A DNA stretch of 54,982 nucleotides from a virus (lineage: Duplodnaviria; Caudoviricetes), in the IMG/VR virus record IMGVR_UViG_3300037510_000213, positions 1 through 54,982 of that record, one strand, 5' to 3'. A program made the translations under genes and the position numbers. Positions within the stretch are counted from its first letter, which is position 1, and each line of letters starts with the position of its first letter. The notes under the pieces are model-generated. The model was not told where the DNA came from and ran no database searches. It saw only the letters and a program-made list of their open reading frames with translations. Shown piece after piece: positions 27,294 through 35,919 of this stretch.

Positions 27294-28226
27294 CTAGCTG
27301 GCGTGACGCTTGCTCTTGCTGACCCAATCCGTGACCGCTTTCATGGCACGTTTGGCAGGGGTCTCCTTGAAGCTGGTTCCGTCGATCTCATACAACGCGC
27401 TCAACACATCATCGCGTGTCATGTCGTGCGTGTCTTTGGCCCACTGGACAAAGCTTGTGAAGCGCTCAGTATCGGCAAAGCGCAGCATGTCGACAGGGAT
27501 AGCCTGGGGGGCGGGATCAATGTACGATTGCGCATCAACGGCGGCGGCGGCGTCCACATCCAGCGATGGGGCAGGCGTCCCTTCTGCAAACATTCCCGAC
27601 GCTTTGAGGAATGATTCGTAGGCTACGACGGGCATGGTACGCCCCATATTGAGGCCGCGCGATTTTTCAACCAGCCCCGTGTGATCGCCTGTCATGCGGA
27701 TGATGAAGTCAAACATGTACACTAGGCGCTTGTCGGCATCGGGCTTGAAGCCCACGCGCCGCAGTTCTTTGCCGACGGTTTCGTATTCGATGGCCTCACG
27801 CGCTGTCACGACCACATGCACATTCAAGTTTGCCAGCGCGTTATACAGATACACCATGCGATTGTTGACCTTGCCCCATTCGCGATAACCGAGACCGTTG
27901 TTCTGGTTGGCCTTGTCTGCGGCTTCTTTTTGAACGTCATACAACACGCTCACACTGTCAACGATGAGCGTCTCAATGGTCTTGCTGTTGTCAGCCTGAA
28001 TGAAGCGCATGGCCTCTTCCACCTGAGCAAGAGAGTTTGCACGCATGACATTGAAGGCAGGCACGCCCGCGCGCCCTGCGTACAGGTCGGTGCCGCCCTC
28101 TGTGTCGATCACCGCCGCACGGGGGAAGGTGAGCGCGGCCAGCGTCTTGCCGCTGCCCGATGCGCCGTAGAGAAGCACCTTCAATTTCTTTGCCACCTTT
28201 GTGGCGGGTTTAAAGGGATTGTTCAT
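27294..28226 (-). CDS. Sak4-like AAA recombinase (single-strand annealing ATPase)
   Basis: LLYGASGSGKT, IDTEGG, LIVDS, HVVVTARE, YMFDFI. Confidence 0.85.
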   Translation of the reverse strand: MNNPFKPATKVAKKLKVLLYGASGSGKTLAALTFPRAAVIDTEGGTDLYAGRAGVPAFNVMRANSLAQVEEAMRFIQADNSKTIETLIVDSVSVLYDVQKEAADKANQNNGLGYREWGKVNNRMVYLYNALANLNVHVVVTAREAIEYETVGKELRRVGFKPDADKRLVYMFDFIIRMTGDHTGLVEKSRGLNMGRTMPVVAYESFLKASGMFAEGTPAPSLDVDAAAAVDAQSYIDPAPQAIPVDMLRFADTERFTSFVQWAKDTHDMTRDDVLSALYEIDGTSFKETPAKRAMKAVTDWVSKSKRHAS

Positions 28227-28280
28227 GATCGATCCTTAAGGGGCGGCGAACCGCCCACGTTCGAGTGTTGGCTATTTGTC

Positions 28281-28820
28281 TTAGAAGGGGATGATATTGA
28301 CGTTGACGCGAAACAGCACCTCTTTCATGGCTGCGTCGATCTGTTCTGGCGTTGATGTGTCATCATCCCGCACGGCCTCATACTGCTTGTAGGCTGTCTC
28401 AATCTCATCAGGCAGGCGATACGACGTTTGGAGATGCGTCACATGCACAACAGGCGTCGACACAGGCGCGACCTTGAGCCATCCCCCCATACTGCGCGGG
28501 TCAATGGTCACACGCCCCTTCTGCTCAAGGCGCTTTGCGATAGGGAAAGATGGATTCTCGAAAAACATATAGAGTCCGTCCTCGCCCGCCTCTGAGATCA
28601 TGCTCATCACATCATCTTCACTCTGAGGCGCAGGCGCGGGCGCGTCGCTTGTGTAATTCATATCGATGTACGCCCATTCGTCGTGAGACAGATCAATCGA
28701 TTCTTCGCCCGTCGGATAGACACGCACATAATCATTGAACATCTTCGCCGTGACGATGTGATCAGGGTTGATCCACGTCTGGCGTCCTGAAAGATCCTTC
28801 ACCTTAATCAGTTTGCTCAT
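28281..28820 (-). CDS. Hypothetical protein (FlbD-like N-terminus)
   Basis: LIKVKDLSGRQTWINPDHI pattern. Confidence 0.6.
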   Translation of the reverse strand: MSKLIKVKDLSGRQTWINPDHIVTAKMFNDYVRVYPTGEESIDLSHDEWAYIDMNYTSDAPAPAPQSEDDVMSMISEAGEDGLYMFFENPSFPIAKRLEQKGRVTIDPRSMGGWLKVAPVSTPVVHVTHLQTSYRLPDEIETAYKQYEAVRDDDTSTPEQIDAAMKEVLFRVNVNIIPF

Positions 28821-29287
28821 TTGCTGCCCTTCTCTTTCTTCTTTTTGGCCTTCTTGTACCGTGCGATCAAGTCGCTTAAGGCGTTGCGGAAAATGTCCGC
28901 TTCTGTCGCCCCTGTCTCATCCCGTATCTCATCAATGTCTTTGCGCATCTCTGGAGACACCCGCGCCATCTTCTGAAAGGGGAACTCAGCATCCCGCCCA
29001 TGCCCGCCGCTTGCCTTGTTTGTCATCGCTGTGTTGATGGCGCGATAGTGAGCAATCCAGCGCTTTTCTGCGGCTTCCCATGTGTCGGGTGTGCATTCTT
29101 CGAGGATTGTCATCTGAGGTCGTTTACCTTGTGCCTTCAACTGTGCAATCCACTCGAATTTGCCCTTGTTGCCTTTGGCAGATGAGTTGAGATGCCCCTC
29201 CATTCTGCGTTTCGGATCGTTGGTTCTCCCCACGTACCGCACTTCATTGGTGATGGGATCAATCAGCGCGTAGATATAGATGATCAT
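28817..29287 (-). CDS. GIY-YIG endonuclease fused to a ribbon-helix-helix domain
   Basis: YIYALIDP..VRYVGRT..R..H...E..WI...TN; C-terminal ARVSPEMRKDIDE..ATEADIFRNAL. Confidence 0.85.
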   Translation of the reverse strand: MIIYIYALIDPITNEVRYVGRTNDPKRRMEGHLNSSAKGNKGKFEWIAQLKAQGKRPQMTILEECTPDTWEAAEKRWIAHYRAINTAMTNKASGGHGRDAEFPFQKMARVSPEMRKDIDEIRDETGATEADIFRNALSDLIARYKKAKKKKEKGSK

Positions 29288-29478
29288 CTGCCGCCCTTCT
29301 GTCTCTTTCTCTTCTCCCGTGATAGATACTCCTTGATTGCCGTGCGCACCATCTCCGCTTCTGTGAGTTCCTTGTCCTCCTGTAAGAGCAAATCCATCTC
29401 TTCGCGCATTTCGTCGGTGATGCTGATGACGGAAAGTTTTGAAGGATAGCGCTTGCGCTTTGGACTCTGTTCGGTCAT
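29284..29478 (-). CDS. Ribbon-helix-helix repressor (Arc/Mnt/CopG-like)
   Basis: SVISITDEMREEMD...TEAEMVRTAIKEYL; AAGGAG RBS; first gene of the leftward early operon. Confidence 0.8.
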   Translation of the reverse strand: MTEQSPKRKRYPSKLSVISITDEMREEMDLLLQEDKELTEAEMVRTAIKEYLSREKRKRQKGGR

Positions 29479-29489
29479 GAAATTAACTC

Positions 29490-29585
29490 CTTCGATATTT
29501 CTATCTTATCCCAATTCGATATGAAGTCAATATGTAAAACATGCGAATTACATATTGCGCTTTGCAGAGAATGATTGTATACTGT
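29490..29585. promoter_or_regulatory. Divergent promoter/operator region (genetic switch)
   Basis: Minus TTGACT-N16-TAAGAT; plus TTGCGC-N17-TATACT; perfect inverted repeat CAATATGTAA-N10-TTACATATTG at 29528..29557; TTCGATAT twice. Confidence 0.7.
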
Positions 29586-29690
29586 TCTATAGATGGAAAC
29601 AAAAAAGCGCCCGACGTTTGATCCGTGGGCGCACTAACACTCGAACGTGGGGTCAAAGGATAGACCACACGTATACCAAAAGGATACCAT

Positions 29691-30353
29691 ATGCAATCCG
29701 TATCACAATCCTCCAGTCTGCCTATCCTTCGCGTGCTGCTGGGGCAGATCCACGATCAGGCGTATGCCGCCTATGCCCGCAAGCAGGATGAACTCAACAG
29801 TCTGCCCGCCGCTGACCAGTTCGACGCGTCCATGCAAGAGCCATATCACAGCGAATGCCAGCGCCTTTACCGTGACTACACCGCCGCCCGTGATGCATGG
29901 CAGGCCGCGCCTGTGTCGGAGCCGCTGCTGCTGCCTGCCACAACGTTGACGCGCGCCGTGTCGCCTGTGAAGGATGTCATGCCGACACGCAAGACGGGTG
30001 TCATCAAGTGGTTCAAGGCGGATCGCAATGTCGAAAAGGCCTATGGCTACATCAAGCGCAGCGACGGGGCAGACGTGTACTTTCGCGCCTGCGATGTGTT
30101 CGGTGCGCGCCTGGGTCTGACCCTCAAGGAAGGCGACGCCGTTGAGTTTTCAATGGCGCTGGTGGTGGAAGGCAAGCCCAAAGCGATCAACATCGTGTCG
30201 GTGGACCGTCAGATCAGCATCGATGCGGCACAGCGCGCCCAGGGCCAGCACGCCACACGGCTGGCGGCACAGAAGGCCGAGGCCGAGAAGGCAGCGGCAC
30301 GCAAAGAACAGCGGCACGAGCGCATCTCTCGTATGCGCGCAGCGGGGATGTAG
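29691..30353 (+). CDS. Cold-shock (OB-fold) domain protein
   Basis: TGVIKWF...KAYGYI...DVYF...LKEGDAVEF...KAINI. Confidence 0.85.
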   Translation: MQSVSQSSSLPILRVLLGQIHDQAYAAYARKQDELNSLPAADQFDASMQEPYHSECQRLYRDYTAARDAWQAAPVSEPLLLPATTLTRAVSPVKDVMPTRKTGVIKWFKADRNVEKAYGYIKRSDGADVYFRACDVFGARLGLTLKEGDAVEFSMALVVEGKPKAINIVSVDRQISIDAAQRAQGQHATRLAAQKAEAEKAAARKEQRHERISRMRAAGM

Positions 30354-30355
30354 CC

Positions 30356-30565
30356 ATGATCGTGCCTGATTGTCCCCACACACAGCACCACATGCCCAAC
30401 GCCCGCGAATGCGCGGATTGTTGGATCGCGCGCATGGAGGCAGAGGATGCGCAGGCAGAGGCCAGCAATGAGGCGCTGCCGTTCGATGGGCCTGTGCAGG
30501 ATACGGAGTACGCGGGGCTGGTGATGTATGCACCAGCACGCAAGCGGGCGAAGGCTAAGCGGTGA
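30356..30565 (+). CDS. Hypothetical protein
   Basis: Compact ORF following the cold-shock gene. Confidence 0.55.
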   Translation: MIVPDCPHTQHHMPNARECADCWIARMEAEDAQAEASNEALPFDGPVQDTEYAGLVMYAPARKRAKAKR

Positions 30566-30607
30566 GATATGGCATTCTGACAACTCAGCAGAATTTTGAG
30601 GTGAAAC

Positions 30608-30889
30608 ATGGATATGAAAAGCCCTGAGCATTGGCTACTGCTCGTGACATATGAAGATGGCTCAAAGGGGTGTATCAACCTTTGGCAGGCTATCGAAGAG
30701 GGACGGTTGACGGTCAAGATGAATCCGCTCAATCGGGCGAAAGTTTACAGCACGTGCGCCGATACATCTGAGAATCGACAGGACTATGGCGGCGATGATG
30801 AGGCGTGCCCAGACTGTGGATTTGATCCGTGCGAGTGCGATACCGACGACCCAGACTATTGGGGTGAAGATGAGGCGGTGCAATCGTGA
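30608..30889 (+). CDS. Acidic protein with C-terminal CxxC..CxC motif
   Basis: GAGGTG RBS; CPDCGFDPCEC. Confidence 0.6.
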   Translation: MDMKSPEHWLLLVTYEDGSKGCINLWQAIEEGRLTVKMNPLNRAKVYSTCADTSENRQDYGGDDEACPDCGFDPCECDTDDPDYWGEDEAVQS

Positions 30890-31122
30890 CAAAGGTTGCC
30901 TACAAGGTGTATCCCACGTGGAAGAAAAACGAGAAGGGTAAGCGCCTGTGTCCGATCTGTGGTGCGCCTGCAATTGCCCGTGTGGGCGAACAGGATAGCG
31001 AACTGACGGAGACAGGTGAGGCGCTCTATCCGACGTGGTGCAAGGCGTGTGATGCCACGCTCTACGAGACGCGCTGGTCTGGCTTCAAGGTGAAGCGTGT
31101 CTATCACTGGCCCGACGAATAA
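30886..31122 (+). CDS. Zn-ribbon protein (paralog of 33255..33476)
   Basis: CPICG...CKAC...YETR. Confidence 0.65.
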   Translation: MTKVAYKVYPTWKKNEKGKRLCPICGAPAIARVGEQDSELTETGEALYPTWCKACDATLYETRWSGFKVKRVYHWPDE

Positions 31123-31166
31123 CTGACCGTACATGTGAGGCTTTCTGTAGGTACTGAGGAATCGCG

Positions 31167-31988
31167 ATGGATTTTTACTACACACTCTCCGCAGATCGGG
31201 TAAAGCCCCAATGGATGCCAGATGACTTGTGTTATCTGTTGCCAGCATCCTCATGGGCGCGGCTCGGTTTGCGTGCGCCAAAATTGCCTGATGGCATTCG
31301 CACGGCGGCGGATTGTGGCGGGTTCGTGGCAACAAAGGTTTGGGGTGATTATCGCTATACACCTCAGCAGTATGTGAATTGGCTGTTTACCTTTACGCCC
31401 GAATGGGCCGCCACGATGGATTACTGCTGCGAAGATGAGATCACAGGTGGCACACCTGGGATTGTCCGTTTTCGTCAGCAGCGCACAACTGAGATGGCTT
31501 ATCACTTCTGGCAAAACTACCGCTTTGCGCCCTGGGCATGGGTGCCCACTGTGCAGGGATGGAATGTTGAAGACTATAGAGAGCACGCCGCCGATCTGCG
31601 CCCGCTCATTTTGGAAATGAAGGCGTTCTATGAGGCGATGGGCAATCCTCACTTCCGTGTTGGTATCGGGACGCTGTGCAATCGCGCCGATAACGCCATG
31701 ATCCTCTCTGTGATTCAAGCCGTGCGTGATGTGTTGCCAGAGTGCAAGTTCCATCTGTGGGGCGTGAAACTGAAGGCGCTTCAGTCACGTGTTGCGTTGC
31801 CGAATGTCGTGAGTGTTGATAGCGCGGCGTGGGCATTTTCAACGATGGCAAGCCGCCACAGAAAGCGAGCCGCGCAGATCGCTTTGGGCATGACACAGCG
31901 CGAATACGATCACAAGATTGCTCTGCCTGCCTATCGCGCCAAAGTTGACGCGGCGCTCGGAGAAGTCAAACAGCAGCATTTGCTTTAA
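31167..31988 (+). CDS. dpdA: DpdA-like (TGT-fold) deazapurine DNA transglycosylase
   Basis: DCGGF, MDYCCE, PTVQGW, VGIGTLC, HLWGVK, SVDSAAW motifs of TGT/DpdA-like phage proteins. Confidence 0.75.
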   Translation: MDFYYTLSADRVKPQWMPDDLCYLLPASSWARLGLRAPKLPDGIRTAADCGGFVATKVWGDYRYTPQQYVNWLFTFTPEWAATMDYCCEDEITGGTPGIVRFRQQRTTEMAYHFWQNYRFAPWAWVPTVQGWNVEDYREHAADLRPLILEMKAFYEAMGNPHFRVGIGTLCNRADNAMILSVIQAVRDVLPECKFHLWGVKLKALQSRVALPNVVSVDSAAWAFSTMASRHRKRAAQIALGMTQREYDHKIALPAYRAKVDAALGEVKQQHLL

Positions 31989-32061
31989 ACGCACTCAGCA
32001 CCTTACGAGCCAGCGGCGGATAAGGTGCATTAGCTCAACTCAGCACGAAAGGAGGTATCAA

Positions 32062-32715
32062 ATGCGCGTTTTAGTGGCTTGCGAGTTCTCCGGAACAGTG
32101 CGTGATGCCTTTACACAGCTTGGGCATGACGCTTGGTCGTGTGATCTCCTGCCAACTGAATCACCCGGTAATCACATTCAGGGCAATGTGCTGGATATTC
32201 TGGATGCTGGTTGGGATCTTATGGTTGCGCACCCTCCCTGTACGTATCTGGCAAAAAGCGGTGTGCAACATCTATGGCGCGGCCGGAAGCGTGAAAACGG
32301 ACGGAATGAGGAACGCTGGATTGCTCTTGAGGAGAGTACATCTCTCTTCCTGGCATTGCTGAACTGCAAAACGATCCCTCGGATTGCGGTTGAAAACCCT
32401 GTGCCTCATTCCTACGCAGGATTACCGCCATACTCGCAAATCGTACAGCCTTATCACTTTGGTGAGGCTCAACAGAAGATGACTTGCCTCTGGCTGAGAA
32501 ACCTCCCTCTGCTTTTGCCGACAAACGTTGTCGGTAAAGGGGAACGGTATTTCACCAAAGAAGGCAGAAGCAACGGCTCGAAGTGGTATCAACTACCACC
32601 AGGTAAAGACCGCTGGAAACATCGCAGCAAGACGTTTGAAGGCATTGCCCAGGCGATGGCTACACAGTGGGGCAGCAAAGAGATACGACCAGCGCAACAG
32701 CGGATGTTCGCGTAA
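32062..32715 (+). CDS. Phage C5-cytosine DNA methyltransferase-like protein
   Basis: MRVLVACEFSG, AHPPCTYL (PC), ENPV, QPYHFG, RSKTFEGIAQAMATQWG. Confidence 0.85.
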   Translation: MRVLVACEFSGTVRDAFTQLGHDAWSCDLLPTESPGNHIQGNVLDILDAGWDLMVAHPPCTYLAKSGVQHLWRGRKRENGRNEERWIALEESTSLFLALLNCKTIPRIAVENPVPHSYAGLPPYSQIVQPYHFGEAQQKMTCLWLRNLPLLLPTNVVGKGERYFTKEGRSNGSKWYQLPPGKDRWKHRSKTFEGIAQAMATQWGSKEIRPAQQRMFA

Positions 32716-32749
32716 GCAGTCCGTGGGTAAAGGATTTTTCAACAACTCA

Positions 32750-32776
32750 GTAGGGGCGCAGGATGCTGCGCCCCTA
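32750..32776 (+). repeat. GTAG-led GC-rich hairpin (REP-like) before RBS
   Basis: G-TAGGGGCGCAG-GATG-CTGCGCCCCTA, perfect 11-bp stem. Confidence 0.6.
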
Positions 32777-32789
32777 GAAAGGATGCAAT

Positions 32790-33191
32790 ATGCCGCGCTT
32801 CTGTCGACCACACTTCAAGCGATTTTATCAGGCAAAGATCGCCGTTCCTGTGTCGTGGGGGCCGATGCTTGATAAATACTTCGATTGTGAAGACCCTGTC
32901 GAGCTGGGTAGCATGGTTGAGGAACTCAGTTCGCTTGGTATCTGCTATCTCGATATTGCAAACATGGTGGCTGTCCTCAATCGCTTCAAAATGAGCGAGG
33001 TCATCAAGCACGCAGGGCCATGTGTCGAAATTGATGTGACGTGGTTGCGTATCGCTCGCTTCTATGGCGATGATGCAATTGATGATGATGAGGCACTCGG
33101 CCTTATCTCAGTGATCGCTGAGGCATGGCGCGATAGAGGCAAACAGGTGAAACGGCGGTTCAGAGTACTTGATCGCGCCGTGCTTGGATAA
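32790..33191 (+). CDS. Hypothetical protein
   Basis: AAGGA RBS; 133 aa. Confidence 0.65.
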   Translation: MPRFCRPHFKRFYQAKIAVPVSWGPMLDKYFDCEDPVELGSMVEELSSLGICYLDIANMVAVLNRFKMSEVIKHAGPCVEIDVTWLRIARFYGDDAIDDDEALGLISVIAEAWRDRGKQVKRRFRVLDRAVLG

Positions 33192-33210
33192 GCGTCATTA
33201 GGTACACACA

Positions 33211-33236
33211 GTAGGGGCATGGTACGCCATGCCCCT
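33211..33236 (+). repeat. GTAG-led GC-rich hairpin (REP-like) before RBS
   Basis: GT-AGGGGCATGG-TACG-CCATGCCCCT, perfect 10-bp stem. Confidence 0.6.
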
Positions 33237-33254
33237 TAGACAAGGATTTAAGCG

Positions 33255-33476
33255 ATGGAAATTGAAGGCTGGAACGGCTGGACACACAACAAAAAAGGCC
33301 AGCGCATTTGCCCGCTGTGTGGCAAAGCAACTATGGGACGCGCTCGTAAGTCAAACAGCGAGACTGATTCGGGTGAACGCCTGTACAGCGTCGGGTGTAA
33401 GTCCTGCAAGAAAACGGTCTATGAAACTCGTCATAGCGATCTGTCGGTCAAACATCTCTATCACTGGAAAGGGTGA
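33255..33476 (+). CDS. Zn-ribbon protein (paralog of 30886..31122)
   Basis: CPLCG...CKSC...YETR. Confidence 0.65.
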   Translation: MEIEGWNGWTHNKKGQRICPLCGKATMGRARKSNSETDSGERLYSVGCKSCKKTVYETRHSDLSVKHLYHWKG

Positions 33477-33733
33477 TCACGATGCAAGGTAAACGCCACG
33501 ATCTGCCAGAAGACGAATATAACCTTGAGCCAGGGGAATACGGCAAAAGTCCTGAAGGATGGTTCTGTCGTCCGCCTGGGGGAAAGCATGGTGTGGGTGG
33601 CATCAACAAACATACCATCACTGAGCATGAGGATGGGACGATCACCGTCTCACCATCGATTCTCTTCTATGACAATGATGGCAATCCAGGCTGGCACGGC
33701 TATCTTGAGCACGGTGTCTGGAAAGAGGTGTGA
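33473..33733 (+). CDS. DUF6527-like small protein
   Basis: TITVSPSIL...WHGYLEHGVW motif. Confidence 0.6.
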   Translation: MITMQGKRHDLPEDEYNLEPGEYGKSPEGWFCRPPGGKHGVGGINKHTITEHEDGTITVSPSILFYDNDGNPGWHGYLEHGVWKEV

Positions 33734-34536
33734 GCATGACTGATATTTCATCACCACCCCTTCGATACACAGGTGGCAAGTGGAACATGGCCCCAAAGAT
33801 TATCACGCTGTTTCCTGAGCATACGTGCTATGTGGAGACACACGCGGGTGGCGCTGGTGTGTTCTTTCGCAAGGTGCCGTCTACAGCTGAGGTGTTGAAC
33901 GATCTAAATCAAGAGATTGTGACGTTCTTCGATGTGCTGCGTGAACGGCGCGCCGACCTGATTGAAGCGATTGAATGCACGCCTTACAGTCGCGTGGAAT
34001 TGCAGCGGGCCACAGAGCCAGCATCCGACCCATTGGAACGGGCGCGCCGTTTCTACATCCGTTCGCTGCAATCCTTCTCCAATGGCGAGGGTGAACGGTC
34101 TCTCAATTGGCGCTTTCAGATCAACAAGGATTCACTCGTCAATCGCTGGAATAAGACCAGTCATCTGTGGGCCTGCGCACAGCGTTTGAAGGCGGCTCAG
34201 CTCGAGTGTGATACAGCTGCCAATGTGATCGAGCGCTTCGATGACCCCAACACGTTGTTCTATGTCGATCCGCCCTACGTGCACGACACGCGCGGCGAAT
34301 CACGTATCTATCGCTTTGAGATGACTGACGATGACCACAGAGCGTTGGCTGATCAGTTGAAGCGTGTACAGGGCGCTGTGATCCTCAGTGGCTATGACAG
34401 CGATCTCTATCGCGAGTTGTACCCTGACTGGCGCATGGTGTCATTCGAGATGGATACAGTGCAGAAGACGAAGCGGGCTGAATGCCTCTGGCTCTCGCCA
34501 CGCACAAAGGTTCGTGAGCAAAGAGCACTGTTTTAG
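33730..34536 (+). CDS. N6-adenine DNA methyltransferase (Dam/D12 class)
   Basis: PLRYTGGKW, YVETHAGG, LNDLN, FYVDPPY, LSGY, ECLW. Confidence 0.92.
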   Translation: MSMTDISSPPLRYTGGKWNMAPKIITLFPEHTCYVETHAGGAGVFFRKVPSTAEVLNDLNQEIVTFFDVLRERRADLIEAIECTPYSRVELQRATEPASDPLERARRFYIRSLQSFSNGEGERSLNWRFQINKDSLVNRWNKTSHLWACAQRLKAAQLECDTAANVIERFDDPNTLFYVDPPYVHDTRGESRIYRFEMTDDDHRALADQLKRVQGAVILSGYDSDLYRELYPDWRMVSFEMDTVQKTKRAECLWLSPRTKVREQRALF

Positions 34537-34604
34537 CTGAGCGTCTATAACAAGCCTTCTACAGGGGTTGCGCTGCAACCCCTTACAAAATGAAAGAGGT
34601 TCGC

Positions 34605-35084
34605 ATGATGACTCAAGATGAAATAGAACATCTCATGACGCTGGTAAACACTCACGGATATGAGACATGGGGGAAACAGGAGGGCGCGCCGAATGCTGAT
34701 CCGTATGCGGCATGGGTGAAGGTCAGAGATTATGTCAATGACCTGCTCGATAAAAAGAATGCTGAGATTGAGCGCTCGAAAACCCCACAGCCAACACCTG
34801 CAACCATCACAGACTATATCAACGACGACGTGCTTCTTCACCCTCTCACGGAGGAATTTTGTCAGGCGATGGATGAAGCGTGGGCTAATGGGGTTGGTGG
34901 TGGACTTTTGGAGGTCATTTACCGCTGGCGAAATGGAAAGCTCATCATCCCGCAAGTTGCACGCTTGATTGATGAATCGGACTGGTCGCTGCCTATTCGA
35001 CTGGCAAACGCACACACGGCGCTTATGTTGAATTGGGATGGTGCAAATTACGAAGGGCGGCACGCAAAGAAGCCCATCGAATAG
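34605..35084 (+). CDS. Hypothetical protein
   Basis: AAAGAGG RBS; ORF of about 160 aa. Confidence 0.6.
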   Translation: MMTQDEIEHLMTLVNTHGYETWGKQEGAPNADPYAAWVKVRDYVNDLLDKKNAEIERSKTPQPTPATITDYINDDVLLHPLTEEFCQAMDEAWANGVGGGLLEVIYRWRNGKLIIPQVARLIDESDWSLPIRLANAHTALMLNWDGANYEGRHAKKPIE

Positions 35085-35301
35085 CTGGCCGTACAAAATT
35101 GACGATATAGACGGTCAGTCTCTAAAACTTATCACATCTATTTTGAGGGTCAAAGTTTAGGCGTTTTTGGCTCTCAAAATAGGGGCGTCAAGCGAAATCA
35201 TGTTCTAAGATTAAGCACGAAAATATGATATAATGGGGTAACGTAAGTGCCACGGCAGCGCGTCAACGCTCCGTGGCTGATCGCACACAGGAGTGCAATC
35301 C

Positions 35302-35919
35302 ATGACCAACGATGCTATCGTTTCCCCTTCGATTCCACAAGAGCAAACCGAGATTTGGATGGATATTCCCTCCTACATCGGTATCTATCAGGCCAGCAAC
35401 TTAGGGCGATTTCGTTCTGTCACATGCCGAATGCGCACAAGAATGGGCGATATTTTGCATGGGTCACGGCTTCCAGTTGGCTATCGATATATTCGCCTGA
35501 CAGATGCGAATGGTATTAAGACGCGCTATTTGTCACATCGGGTTATTCTATCCACATTCAGCCCTATTGATGGCTGGGAGTCTTTGGATGTCAATCATAA
35601 GAACGGTGACAAAGGGGATAACCGTCTTGAGAATCTTGAATGGATGACCCATAAGGACAATATCATTCACGCCCGTCAAGTCCTCGACTCATGGAAGGCG
35701 TCACGCGAACGTCGCCCCAAGAAGATCAAAGTCTTGAAAGGTACCGCCAGAGGCGAAAGGATCGTTTCATCAAAGTTGAGCGCAGAAGACGTGAGGCAGA
35801 TCAGAGAATTTGGCAAACGCGGCAAAATGACGCAAAGCGAAATCGCCGCACTGTTTGGAGTTTCAAGCACTACCGTCTGCTTGATCATTAACCGTAAGCA
35901 ATGGGCGCACATCGAATAG
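35302..35919 (+). CDS. NUMOD4-HNH homing endonuclease with C-terminal HTH
   Basis: EIWMDIPSY.GIYQASNLGRFRS; HRVI...VNHKNGDKGDNRLENLEW; IAALFGVS. Confidence 0.92.
   Translation: MTNDAIVSPSIPQEQTEIWMDIPSYIGIYQASNLGRFRSVTCRMRTRMGDILHGSRLPVGYRYIRLTDANGIKTRYLSHRVILSTFSPIDGWESLDVNHKNGDKGDNRLENLEWMTHKDNIIHARQVLDSWKASRERRPKKIKVLKGTARGERIVSSKLSAEDVRQIREFGKRGKMTQSEIAALFGVSSTTVCLIINRKQWAHIE

Noticed and set aside
27257-28268. Exactly 1000-bp spacing between two motif copies
   Set aside because: Set by the length of the intervening sak4 gene; coincidence
25602-29648. CRISPR or mini-array from the repeated ACACTCGAACGT
   Set aside because: Copies are 1-1.7 kb apart in gene leaders, only 12 bp long, with no regular spacers or cas genes
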